Source: Chiloscyllium plagiosum
Lineage: Eukaryota
Length of the DNA stretch: 20,000 nucleotides
Direction: 5' to 3'
NCBI RefSeq assembly: GCF_004010195.1
Contig: NC_057719.1
Coordinates: 80,636,654 to 80,656,653 of the forward strand
How positions within the stretch are numbered: position 1 is the first letter of the stretch; the number at the start of each line of letters is the position of its first letter. Both the position numbers and the translations under genes were made by a program. Positions 10,779 to 20,000 of this stretch are shown here, one piece after another. The notes below the pieces were generated by a model. That model did not search any database, was not told the DNA's origin, and saw nothing but the letters and a program-made list of their open reading frames with translations.

Positions 10779-11554
10779 TCTTAGGTCAGAACCATCAATT
10801 AACCAGTTGGTCAGAATCCAAGAGGGACTGGATCAAGAGCCATTGAGTGACAGGGCAAGAAATACCTCAGGACAGAGGCCAAATGTAGCCATAGAAATAG
10901 GAAGAGGAAACCCAAGGCTGTGATCACTGGGAATGCAGTGACTTGTCAGGAAATGACACCTTTAGTTGGGAACCTGAGGGGGTCAATAACTTAACATTTC
11001 CTGTGGTAAAATGAAGACAAAGGGTTGGAATGTAGAGGACCCACTGGAGAAGAAAAGGATCTGGTGAGAACTCAGCAAAGGCACAACGCAGATTAGAGCA
11101 GGGCAGCTTCAGACTGCCGGTGTTTGCCCGCGCACACTGCAGCCTTTCAAATATGGCACGGGCATGCCAGTCATTTGGTGGTTATCCACTGTATGGCAAT
11201 CTGCACTGGGGAGCAGTGTTTGGTAAGATGGAGCTGGAATCGGAAATGATTGATGCCATGGAGGGAGGGTAGTTGATGAGATATGTTTGGTAAGATACAG
11301 TGAGGAAACTAGATAGGCATCACAGTGGAAATCCCTCTGAAAAGAAAACTGATGTAACTCAGAGTTAGCCAAACATTGTGAGATTCTGCCCAGAGAAAAC
11401 GTTATATCACTAGTTCAAATTTAAAATTCAAACTCAAAATTAAATAATATTTAATATATATGAATCACACATCCTACACTGTATCCGGAACAATACTGAT
11501 GGAGACAGAGCTCCACAATACAAAGTTATCTTTAATCTCTATTAACCAACGCTT

Positions 11555-12102
11555 TGGGCTCAACTGCAATATTACATACAATTCTGAGCATTACACTTTA
11601 GGAAAGATGTAAAGACATGGGATAGAGTACAAAAGGGATTAGAATGGCTTCAAGGATGAAGAACTTCAGTTACATGGATAGATTGGAGAAAAACGGTCTG
11701 TTGTCCTTGGAGGTGAGAGGACTGAGAGGTGATTTGATAGAGGATTCAAACTCACGAGGAGCCTGGACAGAGTAGATAGGGAGAAATTGTTCTCATTGAT
11801 GGAAGGATTTAGAAGGAAAGAAGACCAATTTAAAGTGATTGGCAACAGTTATGTGAGGAAAATTGTGTTATGTGCAGAGTGGCTAGGATCTGGAATGTAT
11901 TGCCAGAAAGTCAGATTGAGGCAGAGTCAATCACTGACCTCAACAGGGAATTGGATCGTTATCTGAAGTAGAAGTATGTTCCGCGCTATGGGGAAAAGAC
12001 AGGGAGCAATGTTAAGTGAATTGCTCTTGCATAAGGTTATCACTGACACAATGTGCTGAATGGCCTCCTCTTGTAACTAACCATTCCAAAATTCGATGAT
12101 TC
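11555..12102 (+). mobile_element. 5'-truncated CR1 LINE 3' end
   Basis: QLQYYIQF*ALHFRKDVKTWDRVQK...RGLRGDLIE...LDRVDREKLF, then a 3' UTR with an (attc..)n tail. Confidence 0.88.
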
Positions 12103-12704
12103 ACTTGCTTCCAATCCTCAAACTAGATAATCATATAAAAGTTAAAATGTATATACATATTTCACATAAGGAGAACTTAATTATCTTGTCCCATAGCAAT
12201 CATTTTGATTCTCCTTAGTTAATGAGCTCTGCTTCCATCAAGCTAATATGACTGGTATAATTCCCTTACCCTGTTATCTTATCATTCTTTGTTCTTGTTA
12301 TCTATCCTTGCTAATATATCAGTTATACCTTTAATTAGGTGCCAGTTTTTTCAGATCCATTGGTGCTAGTTGGAAGGATGATCAATTTTACACGTTTATT
12401 TGTAGAATTAACATTCATCACAAAATGACTAAATTTCTCTGAAGCTTATGAATCTGTACATAAAAGTATTTATTAAGTTTACTGAAGAAACTAAACTGAC
12501 TATTGCTAATAGGTCAGTCTTAGTTCAATAGCTCGGTTGTCACTGCTTCAAAATTGACTTATGCTTCATTTGCTTAATCAACAAAACCCAAAGCCTAGTA
12601 ATCGGGCAGAAATCAATTGTGATATAACTGAGGGAGATTTCAAAACAGTCTGATTAACTCTTTGCTTACAGCAGAGAAGACATCTTAACCTATCTTATCA
12701 AGGA

Positions 12705-12898
12705 TGAGGAGGTGCTGGTGTTTGACTAGGGTGGGCAAAGTTAAAAACCACACAACACCAAGTTATAGACCAACAGGTTTATTGGGAAGTATTAACTTTT
12801 GGAGCTACTTGACCAGCTACTTAATGAAGGAGCAGCGCTCTGAAAGCTAGTACTTCCCAATAAACCTGCTGGACTATAACTTGGTGTTGTGTGATTTT
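12705..12898 (-). mobile_element. Short palindromic Penelope-pLTR-derived element, copy 2 (opposite orientation)
   Basis: Same arms as copy 1, with the unique tail on the left. Degenerate hammerhead ttaatgaaggagcagcgctctgaaagctagta (12821-12852, + strand). Flanks TATCTTATCAAGGA / TATCTTCTCAAAGGA. Confidence 0.8.
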
Positions 12899-13004
12899 TA
12901 TCTTCTCAAAGGAAGAGCTGCAAGGTCTCCCTAGTGTTCTAGGCCATTTTTGTCCCTGAGCTGACATCACAAGGAAGAGTAAAAAAAGAGGGACTTGCAT
13001 TTCC

Positions 13005-15840
13005 ACAACTCAACACTGTGTGGCAGGAGAGCAAGAACCAGAACAATAGGACAGCTATTAAAACGACCAAGGAGGATTTAGCAACCAAGGCCAGTAAGGT
13101 TAAAAGGAAGAACAGACGTGAAAAGGTTACTGAACTTGGCACGACAGACATTCTGAAGTGTGTTTCTTTTAATGTGAGGAGTATGATGGGTAAGGCAGAT
13201 GAACTTAGATTAATACATCTAACCGTGATGTTTTAGCTTTTACAGAGACTTGGTCGAGAGAGGACAAGACTGGCGACTTAACGTTTGGAGATTTAGATGT
13301 TTCAGGTGAGATACAGGGCTATGTATGGAACAGGTGGGGGAGTTGGTGTTATGACGAAGGGAGAGTATCACAGCTAGACTGAGGGACGACACCTTGGAGG
13401 GCTCCAACAAAGCCATATGGATGGAACACAAGAATAGGAAAGGTGCAATCACTTGATGGGATTGTACTACAGGCATCCCAACAGCCAGGGGGTGAAAGAG
13501 GAAACGACACATGAACAGATTATACCAACGTGGGAAAACAGGGTTGTCGCGGTCGGTGATTTTAACTTCCCCTGAACTGATCAGAACTCGCTTAGGGCCA
13601 AGGGCTTAGATGGGGGGGACTTTTTTTTGATGTATCCAGGACAGTGTTTTGAAATAATATATTAATAGTCCAGCTAAGGAAGTGGCCACACAAGACCTGG
13701 TATTGGAGGATAAGCCTAGCCAGATGATCAAAGTTTCAGTGGGAGAAGACATTTAGAGAACAATGACCATCATTCCGTAATTTTTAAGTTACTTATGGAT
13801 AGGGATAAGAGTAGTCCTCGGGTGAAAGTGTTAAACTGGGGGAAGGCTGATAAAGGACAGTTGATTAGAGTTCAGGACCAGCAAGTTCCTGTGAAAATGA
13901 AGGATAAGGATGGTAGAAGAAATTTAGATGTTAAGAAGGAAGAGTCATACACAAGTTTTAGGAAATTGAAGACAAACAGAGCCCTTGAAGAATATAATGG
14001 AAGCAGGAAAGAACTTAAATAAGGAATTAGGATGGCCAAAAGGGGCCATGAAATAACCTTAGCAAAGGGGATTAAGCAAAATTCCATATATAAAGAGCAA
14101 GAAAGTAGCTGGGCAAAACGTAGGCCCACTGAATAACAAACCAGTGAATTTATGCATGGAGCAGGCGGAAGTGGGTGGGGTCTTTAATAACCACTTTGCA
14201 TTGGTATTTACAAAGGAGAATGACATGGTGCTTGGTGAGTATTAGGAGGGTTATGTTGACATTCGAGGGCATGTCAATATAAAAAAAAGAGAGGTGGTGT
14301 TGAGTGTTTTGAAAATAATTAAATTAGGTAAGTGTCTGGGACATAGGATCTATCCCAGAATACTGTGGGAGAAAATTTCAAGGGCTTTGTGAAATCTTTG
14401 TATTTAATTACGGGCAAGGGGCCCAGAGGACTGGAGAATAGCCAATGTCGTTCCTTAGTTTAAGAAGGGCAACAGAAATAATCTGGGTAACTACAGGTTG
14501 GTGAGCCTTATGTCAATGTTAGGGAAATTATTGGAGAAGATTCTTAGGAATAGGATTTACTCACATTTGGAAAAGTATGGCATTTCTAGCAACTAGGCAG
14601 CATGGCTTTGTGCGGGTAAGGTCATGTCTCACAAACTTGATTCAGTTTTTTTGAGGGAGCAACTAAGACGATTGATGAGGGCAGGGGGGAGGATGTTGTC
14701 TATGTGGACTTGACCAAGGTCTTTGACAATGCCCCAATGGCAGACTGATGTAGAAGGTGAAGTCACATGGATTCTGCAGCAAGCTGGTAAGTTGCATATA
14801 GAACTGGCTTAGTCATAGAAGGCAGAGTAGTGGAGGAAGGGTGTTTTTCTGGCTGGTTATCTACGACTACTGGTGGATCACAGAGATCAGTGCTGGGACA
14901 TCTGTTGTTTCTAATACATATAAATAATTTGCAGGAAAATGTAGGTGTCTAATTAGTAAGTTTGTAGGTGACACAAAGATTGGCGAAGCTGTAGATATTG
15001 AGAAGGATTTTCGGAGGATACAGTAGGATATAGATGGGCTAGAGACTTGCCCGGAGAAGTGGCAGATGGTACTTAACCCGAGAGGTGATGCATTTTGGAA
15101 AATCTAATGCATGAGGGAAGTGCACAGTAAATAGTAGAACTCTTAATAGCATCAACATATGGAGGGATCTAGGTGTACAAGTCCACAGTTCCCTGAAAGT
15201 GGCAACACAAGTGGATAAGGCAGTCAAGGAGGCATATGGCATGCTTGCCTTCATTGGTTGGAGCATAGAGCATAAAAACTGGCAAGTCATGTTGCAGCTG
15301 TACAGAACTTTAGTTAGGCCACGTTTGTAATATTGTGTACAGTTCTGGTTACTACACTACCAGAAGGAGGTGGAGGCTTTGGTACAGAAACGGTTTACCG
15401 GGATGTTGCCTGGTTTAGAGGGTATTAACTACGAGGGGAGATTGAATAAAGTTTTCACCTGGACGTCAAAGGCTGAGGGGTCTTTGACAGAGCTTGAGAA
15501 GATTACGAGAGTTATGGACAGAATAGATAATCTTTCTCCCAGGGTAGAAATGTCAATTACTAAGAGACATAGGTTTAAGGTAAAAGGAGTAAGTTTAAAG
15601 GAATTGTGAGAGGCACAATTTGTTTTTTTTTACACAGCGGCTGTTAAGTGCCTGCAATGCAGAGGAGATGGTGGAGGTAGATACAATAGCAACATTTAAG
15701 AGGCATCTTGACAGATACACGAATAGGTAGCGAACAGAGGGAAACACTGCGTAGAAGCAAAATATTTTTAGTTTAGAAAGGCATTGTGTGTTGGTGCAAA
15801 CTTGGCTGAAGAGCCTGTTGCTGTACCGTCCTTTTCTGTG
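13005..15840 (+). mobile_element. CR1 LINE with nearly full-length ORF2 (APE + RT), pseudogenised
   Basis: LKCVSFNVRSMMGKADELR, GLYYR, VGDFNFP, NDHHSVIF, WRIANVVP*FKKG, QHGF, VYVDLTKVFDN, GSQRSVLG, VQKRFTGMLPG and a CR1 3' UTR. It has many stops and frameshifts. Confidence 0.93.
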
Positions 15841-15843
15841 AGA

Positions 15844-16545
15844 CACCAGAAGCAATTTCCTTCTCCTCCTGGCCCTCACCTGACGAATGAACCAAAAATA
15901 ATTTTGTAAACGTTTAGTTCTTTGGATCTCTTCTGGCCCCGGTGCTGTTCCTCACTGGATTGAATCCCCCCCCCTCACCCCCCGCCAATGCCTCCTGCTC
16001 AGGATCAGCAGAGGTCACACTGACATTGGTGATCTCCTCACCCGGAAGTTAGCCCTGAATCCATTATTCAATGGATCAGGGACTGAAAAACGAGGAGGTC
16101 GGCCCACACAATCAGAGTAATTCAAAACCTCGAAGGTTAACCTTAATCAATAATCCAATTGCTGAGGTTTTCCTCAAGAGGACCCTCTGAGGATAGATGG
16201 CGTTGTTTGACTGGCTCCGAGACAGTTCCTAAGAAGCACTCACCCTATCAATCATTCATGATGCTGAGGGAGGGCAGTCCATCCTCCACAGAAAGTGGCG
16301 TCTGTCTTGTTCGTTTATTCAAAGAAAACAAATCGATGTGAAAGTGCTTAGGGTGGAAATGAATTAATGGCCTGGGAGCCAAGAGACATTGCTGACCAAT
16401 TGCCAAAAAAACCTCAATCCATCTTAAAAAAAGATGGGAGCGATGGAGATTAAGATATTCACTCCTTCCACTGAGTCAAAATCTGGAGAGAAAGAAATTG
16501 AGACCATTGTAACTAAAATGGTTGACAATTTCACTACAGTGATAA
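15844..16545 (+). other. Hairpin-dense unassigned segment (candidate structured RNA)
   Basis: About 10-12 complementary stems, many with G-T pairs on the + strand (see findings). I do not recognise the family. Confidence 0.4.
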
Positions 16546-16597
16546 AAAAAAGTTTGCACTTACATAGCACCGTTCACAACCTCTTGCTGCACTAATG

Positions 16598-17480
16598 CAT
16601 CCATCTTCCACTGCTTCATCAATGGCCTGCATGAGGTCAGACACGGGAATGTTTGCTGATAATTGCAAAATGTTTTACACTATTCACGACTCTTTACATA
16701 CTGAAGCAGTCCATGTTCAATTGCAACAAGATCTGGACAATAACAGGCTTGGGCTGACAAGTAGCAAGTAACATTAGCACCATACAAATGCCAGGCAATG
16801 ACCCATCTCCAACAAAAGACAATCTAACCACCACCCATTAACATTCAATGACATTACCATCATTGAATGCTCAACTATTAACATCTTGTAGGTTAATATT
16901 AACCAGAAACTCAACTTGCCACAAAAAGACAGTGGCTACAAGAGAAGGTCAGGGGCTAGGAATATTTCTGCGGGTAACTTCCGTCCTGACTTTGCAAAGT
17001 CTGTCCACCATCTGTAAGGCACACATCAGGAGTGTGATGGAGTACTCCCCACTTGCCTGGATGGCTATAGCTCCAATTACACTCAAAAAGCTTGACACCA
17101 TCCAGGAAAAAGCCACCCACTTGACTGGTACGACATCCACAAACATCCACTCCCTCCACCACTGATGCTCAGTAGCAGCAGAGTGTACTATCTACAAGAT
17201 GCACGATGGAAATTCATCAAAGATCCTTAAACAACATTTTCCAAACCCATGACCACTTCCATCTAGAAGGGCAGTATGGGATTACCACCACCTGCAAGTT
17301 CCTCTCACTATCCTGACTTTGAATTATATTACTGTTCCTTCATGGTCGCTGGGTCCAAATCCTGGAATTCCATCTCTAACAGCATTCCGGATCAATCTAC
17401 AGTGCATGGACTGCACCAGTTCACCACCACCGTCTCAAGGGATGTGCAATAAATGTGACTAACTAGTGACATCCATGAGA
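16598..17480 (+). mobile_element. 5'-truncated Zenon-like LINE (RT C-terminus and 3' UTR)
   Basis: MFADNCKMF and ICKAHIRSVMEYSPLAWMAIAPITLKKLDTIQEKA. It aligns with ~6296-7195. Confidence 0.88.
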
Positions 17481-17519
17481 GAACTGAGAAAAGTGCTTCA
17501 CAACTAAATACATTGAATC

Positions 17520-17660
17520 AGGTCTGAAGGAGACAGTCTTACTGGGCATGAAACGTTGGCTGTTTTTCAGTCTCTGTAGATGCTGCCAGACTTTCTGAGT
17601 TTCTCCAGCAATCTCTGTGTTAGTTTCAGATTACCAGAATCTGTAATACTTTGCCTTTAT
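17520..17660 (+). mobile_element. Solo Penelope-type pLTR with decayed hammerhead motif
   Basis: ctgaagg...gaaacgtt...agatgctgccagactttctgagtttctccagca resembles 2633-2715. Flanks TAAATACAT (17505-17513) / TAAGTACAT (17661-17669). Confidence 0.65.
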
Positions 17661-17721
17661 TAAGTACATAATTGGTGTTATAATGCAGGAAGCACAGCAA
17701 GCAATTTGTTCACAGCAAGCT

Positions 17722-18212
17722 ATACATTGTTAAGCTTGAAAGGGTGCAGAAAAGATTTTGCCAGGGTTGGAGGATTTGAGCTACAGCGAGAGGCTGAATA
17801 GGCCTATTTTCCCTGGAGCATCAAAGGCTGAGGGGTGGACCTTATAGAGGTTTATAAAATCATGAGGTGCATGGATAGGGTGAAGACCCAAGGTATTTTT
17901 CCCCAGGGTAGGGGATTCCAGAGCTAGAGTGCATAGGTTTAGGGTGAGAGGAGAAAGAAATAAAAGGGACCTAAGGGGCAACTTTTTCACACAGAGGGTG
18001 GTGTGTGTATGGAATGAGCTGCCAGAGGAAGTGATGGAGGCTGGTACAATTACAACATTTGAAAGGCATCTGGATGGGTATATGAATAGGAAGGGTTTAG
18101 AGGGGCATGGGTCAAAAGCTGGCAAATGAGACTAGACTTATTGAGGATATCTGGTCAGCATGGTCAGTTGGACCGAAGGGTCTTCTCCCGTGCTGTACGT
18201 CTGTTTGACTCT
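17722..18212 (+). mobile_element. 5'-truncated CR1 LINE 3' end
   Basis: KLERVQKR, QRLRG, HRFRVRGERNKRDLRGNFFTQRVVCVWNELPEEV and a 3' tail. Flanked by AAGCT (17717-17721 / 18213-18217). Confidence 0.92.
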
Positions 18213-18431
18213 AAGCTCAACCAGTAAGTACGGTAAATAGAAAGCACAGATAGACAATCTATTTGAGATATTAATTGAAAAGCAAGATACCATAAGTACC
18301 GTATATTTGTAAAAGAAATTAGAAAATGGTGCAAATGCTCAGCAGATCAAGGAGCAACCATGGGGAGAGAGGAACACAGTTACCATATCAGGCACCACTC
18401 AGCAAAACTGGGAAAACTTAGGGACACAATA

Positions 18432-18590
18432 AAGTTCAAAATCACACAACACCAGGTTATAGGCCAACAGGTTTAATTGGAAGCACTAGCTTTCGGAGCG
18501 ACACTCCTTCATCAGGTGTTTGTGGACTATAATCTGGTGTTGTGTGATTTTTAGCTTTGTACACCCCGGTCCAACACCGGCATCTCCAAA
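18432..18590 (+). mobile_element. Short palindromic Penelope-pLTR-derived element, copy 3
   Basis: Same arms and tail as copy 1. Flanks TAGGGACACAATA (18419-18431) / TAGGGACATAATA (18591-18603). Confidence 0.82.
18481..18520 (-). ncRNA. Minimal type I hammerhead ribozyme with intact core
   Basis: Minus strand AACAC-CTGATGA-A-GGAG TGTCG CTCC-GAAAGCTA-GTGCTT: CUGAUGA and GAAA cores, 4-bp stem II, palindromic AGCU stem III and CAC/GUG stem I. Confidence 0.75.
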
Positions 18591-18964
18591 TAGGGACATA
18601 ATAGATTTCGAGGAAGGGGTAAAGAGATGTGTCAAGGTTAAAGGCAATGGGGCTAAAACTAGGAGAGACTGAAGGATGGAAGAGGTGGTTGTAAAGGACC
18701 AGAGACATTGGTGACAAGGCAGACAAAGAGACAAGACATCAAACAAGTGCCCCGATCAGAGGAGCTGCTGACTGCAAAAACAGGAAACCAAAGAGGCAAC
18801 AGAAATAAAATGGACCAGAGTTTGCAATTGGAGACCGTTGAAATCCAGAAGACTACCAATTGCATCATCAAAACTGATGATCTTTCCCTCCACAGATACT
18901 GCCCTAATGTGCTGGATATTTCCAACATTTTATTAACATTTAATTTAGCACTTTAAGTGCTTTT

Positions 18965-19270
18965 TGGGGGCTGGTATTTTTGGGAGATCAGAAGAGTTGG
19001 CATTGGGAGACTTGTATCTGTATGGACAGAAGAAAAATCAGTGTTGGGGCTGGGGGTGGGAGGGGAGGTGTGAGCGATGGAGATTAAAGCTTGGAGCGGG
19101 ACAAGACTGGAAAGGATCAGAGGGAAATTGGAGGCCGCAGCCAGAGGACATTTGAGGAGAAAGGCTAGGATTAGAAAAGCTTGCCATGGAAGGCAGGCAA
19201 AGTGTCGCAGTTCATGTTTCACGGAGCGTGGAGATTGGAGCAGGGATATGAAGGGCAAAGATGGAGAGAA
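18965..19270 (-). mobile_element. Highly decayed L2-like LINE fragment
   Basis: Purine-rich, with diffuse resemblance to the reverse strand of L2 3' regions. No clean motif. Confidence 0.3.
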
Positions 19271-19581
19271 AGATTATGATAAGAGAGGGTTCCATCGCTG
19301 GGGTAGTGGCCTATCTTGCTTTTGGTCATGAGGATATGATGGTGGGGTGGGAAAACAGCCCTGTTCCTCCTGGTCCACAAGCATTACTAGAAAGGCATTC
19401 ATCATTCTCATATGTCCGTCCTTGTCTCCATTAGCTGCCAGGATTTCCAAAACCTAAAACCTAAACTAAAATAACACAATTAAATGAGGAAAGTCACTTC
19501 TACAGGTTTATTCACCCATCCCATCTGTTCAACAAGAGATGGGTAGATTTGTGTTTCAAATTGCTAACATTTTGACATCCA

Positions 19582-19846
19582 TTAGATTAGATTACTTACA
19601 GTGTGGAAACAGGCCCTTCGGCCCAACAAGTCCACACCGACCCTCCAAAGAGCAATCCACCCAGACCCATTCCCCTACATTTACCCCTTCATCTAATACT
19701 ACGGGCAATTTAGCATGGCCAATTCACCTAAACTGCACATTTTTTGGACAGTGGGAGGAAACCGGAGCACCCGGAGGAAACCCACGCAGACACGGGGATA
19801 ACGTGCAAACTCCACACAGACAGTTGCCTGAGGTGGGAACTCGAAC
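19582..19846 (-). mobile_element. HE1-type V-SINE of elasmobranchs, truncated at the B box
   Basis: Minus strand: B-box-like gttcgagttcc, V-domain gtgtggagtttgcacgtt...tgcgtgggtttcctccgggtgctccggtttcctcccac, and a CR1-derived tail ggccgaagggcctgtttccacactgtaag with (TCTAA)n. Confidence 0.9.
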
Positions 19847-20000
19847 TGAGACATAAGAAAGGGATGATCACCTTATTGGGATTGTATTATAGACCCCCTA
19901 ATAGTCAGAGGGAAATTGAGAAACAAACTTGTAAGGAGATCCCAGCTATCTGTAAGAATAATAGGGTAGTTATGGTAGGGGATTTTAACTTTCCAAACAT
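19843..20000 (+). mobile_element. CR1 ORF2 endonuclease fragment running off the window
   Basis: Open frame ELRHKKGMITLLGLYYRPPNSQREIEKQTCKEIPAICKNNRVVMVGDFNFPN (YRPP and GDFN motifs). Confidence 0.92.

Larger units (their letters stand above)
16545..18285 (-). mobile_element. Old L2-tailed SINE (possibly DeuSINE-like) in pieces: ~16545-16595, 17490-17513, 17661-17721, 18213-18285
   Basis: The pieces read in order: ttgcacttacatagcacc / aaagtgcttcaca / gtgttataatgcaggaagcacagcaagcaatttgttcacagcaagct / caaccag...aatctatttgagatattaattga. Confidence 0.5.
18314..18945. mobile_element. Old element bounded by inverted Penelope-pLTR-like ends
   Basis: The reverse complement of ~18324-18372 resembles 18881-18931 (ctccacagatactgcc...tgctggatatttccaacatttt) and the pLTRs at ~2670 and ~17575. 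Confidence 0.5.

Noticed and set aside
13150..15720. Active reverse transcriptase gene
   Set aside because: It has numerous stops and frameshifts, and the catalytic FADD motif is degenerate.
15877..15920. CTGACGA as a hammerhead core, and minus-strand CAG/GTGAGG as a splice donor
   Set aside because: No stem II-GAAA follows. The upstream minus frame is short, has a poor acceptor and encodes nothing recognisable.
16440..16470. Group I intron S element (AAGATAT...)
   Set aside because: No TAGTC and no matching R element, so P7 cannot form.
16240..16532. RNase P RNA-like arrangement (hairpin, then GAGGGCAGTCCAT; possible P4 with ATGGTTG 16518-24; CTCC/GGAG P5)
   Set aside because: The conserved GGAAAG and the 3' conserved region are mismatched, there is no convincing P1, and a stronger local hairpin (16494-16532) competes. 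Probably chance; an Rfam cmscan would settle it.

Overview
Eukaryotic, repeat-saturated genomic DNA, most likely intronic or intergenic sequence from a cartilaginous fish (shark). The basis is an HE1/V-SINE, shark-type CR1 LINEs and Penelope-like elements. I find no intact protein-coding gene; the listed ORFs are decayed retrotransposon frames, minisatellite artefacts or unassignable. Most of the window is nested, decayed retroelements: CR1 LINEs (SGNH-esterase ORF1, APE+RT ORF2), a second CR1-group (Zenon-like) LINE whose 5' end has a tRNA-like Pol III head, an RTE 3' end containing a 25-bp minisatellite, a Penelope GIY-YIG fragment, LTR-like segments and SINEs. Two features are most notable. 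(1) Three 160-190-bp palindromic insertions flanked by 12-15-bp target-site-like duplications carry Penelope-type minimal hammerhead ribozyme motifs, one with an intact core (18481-18520, - strand). (2) An unassigned ~700-nt segment (15844-16545) has a high density of stems, with G-U wobbles favouring a + strand RNA. Family names come from recognised motifs, not database searches.
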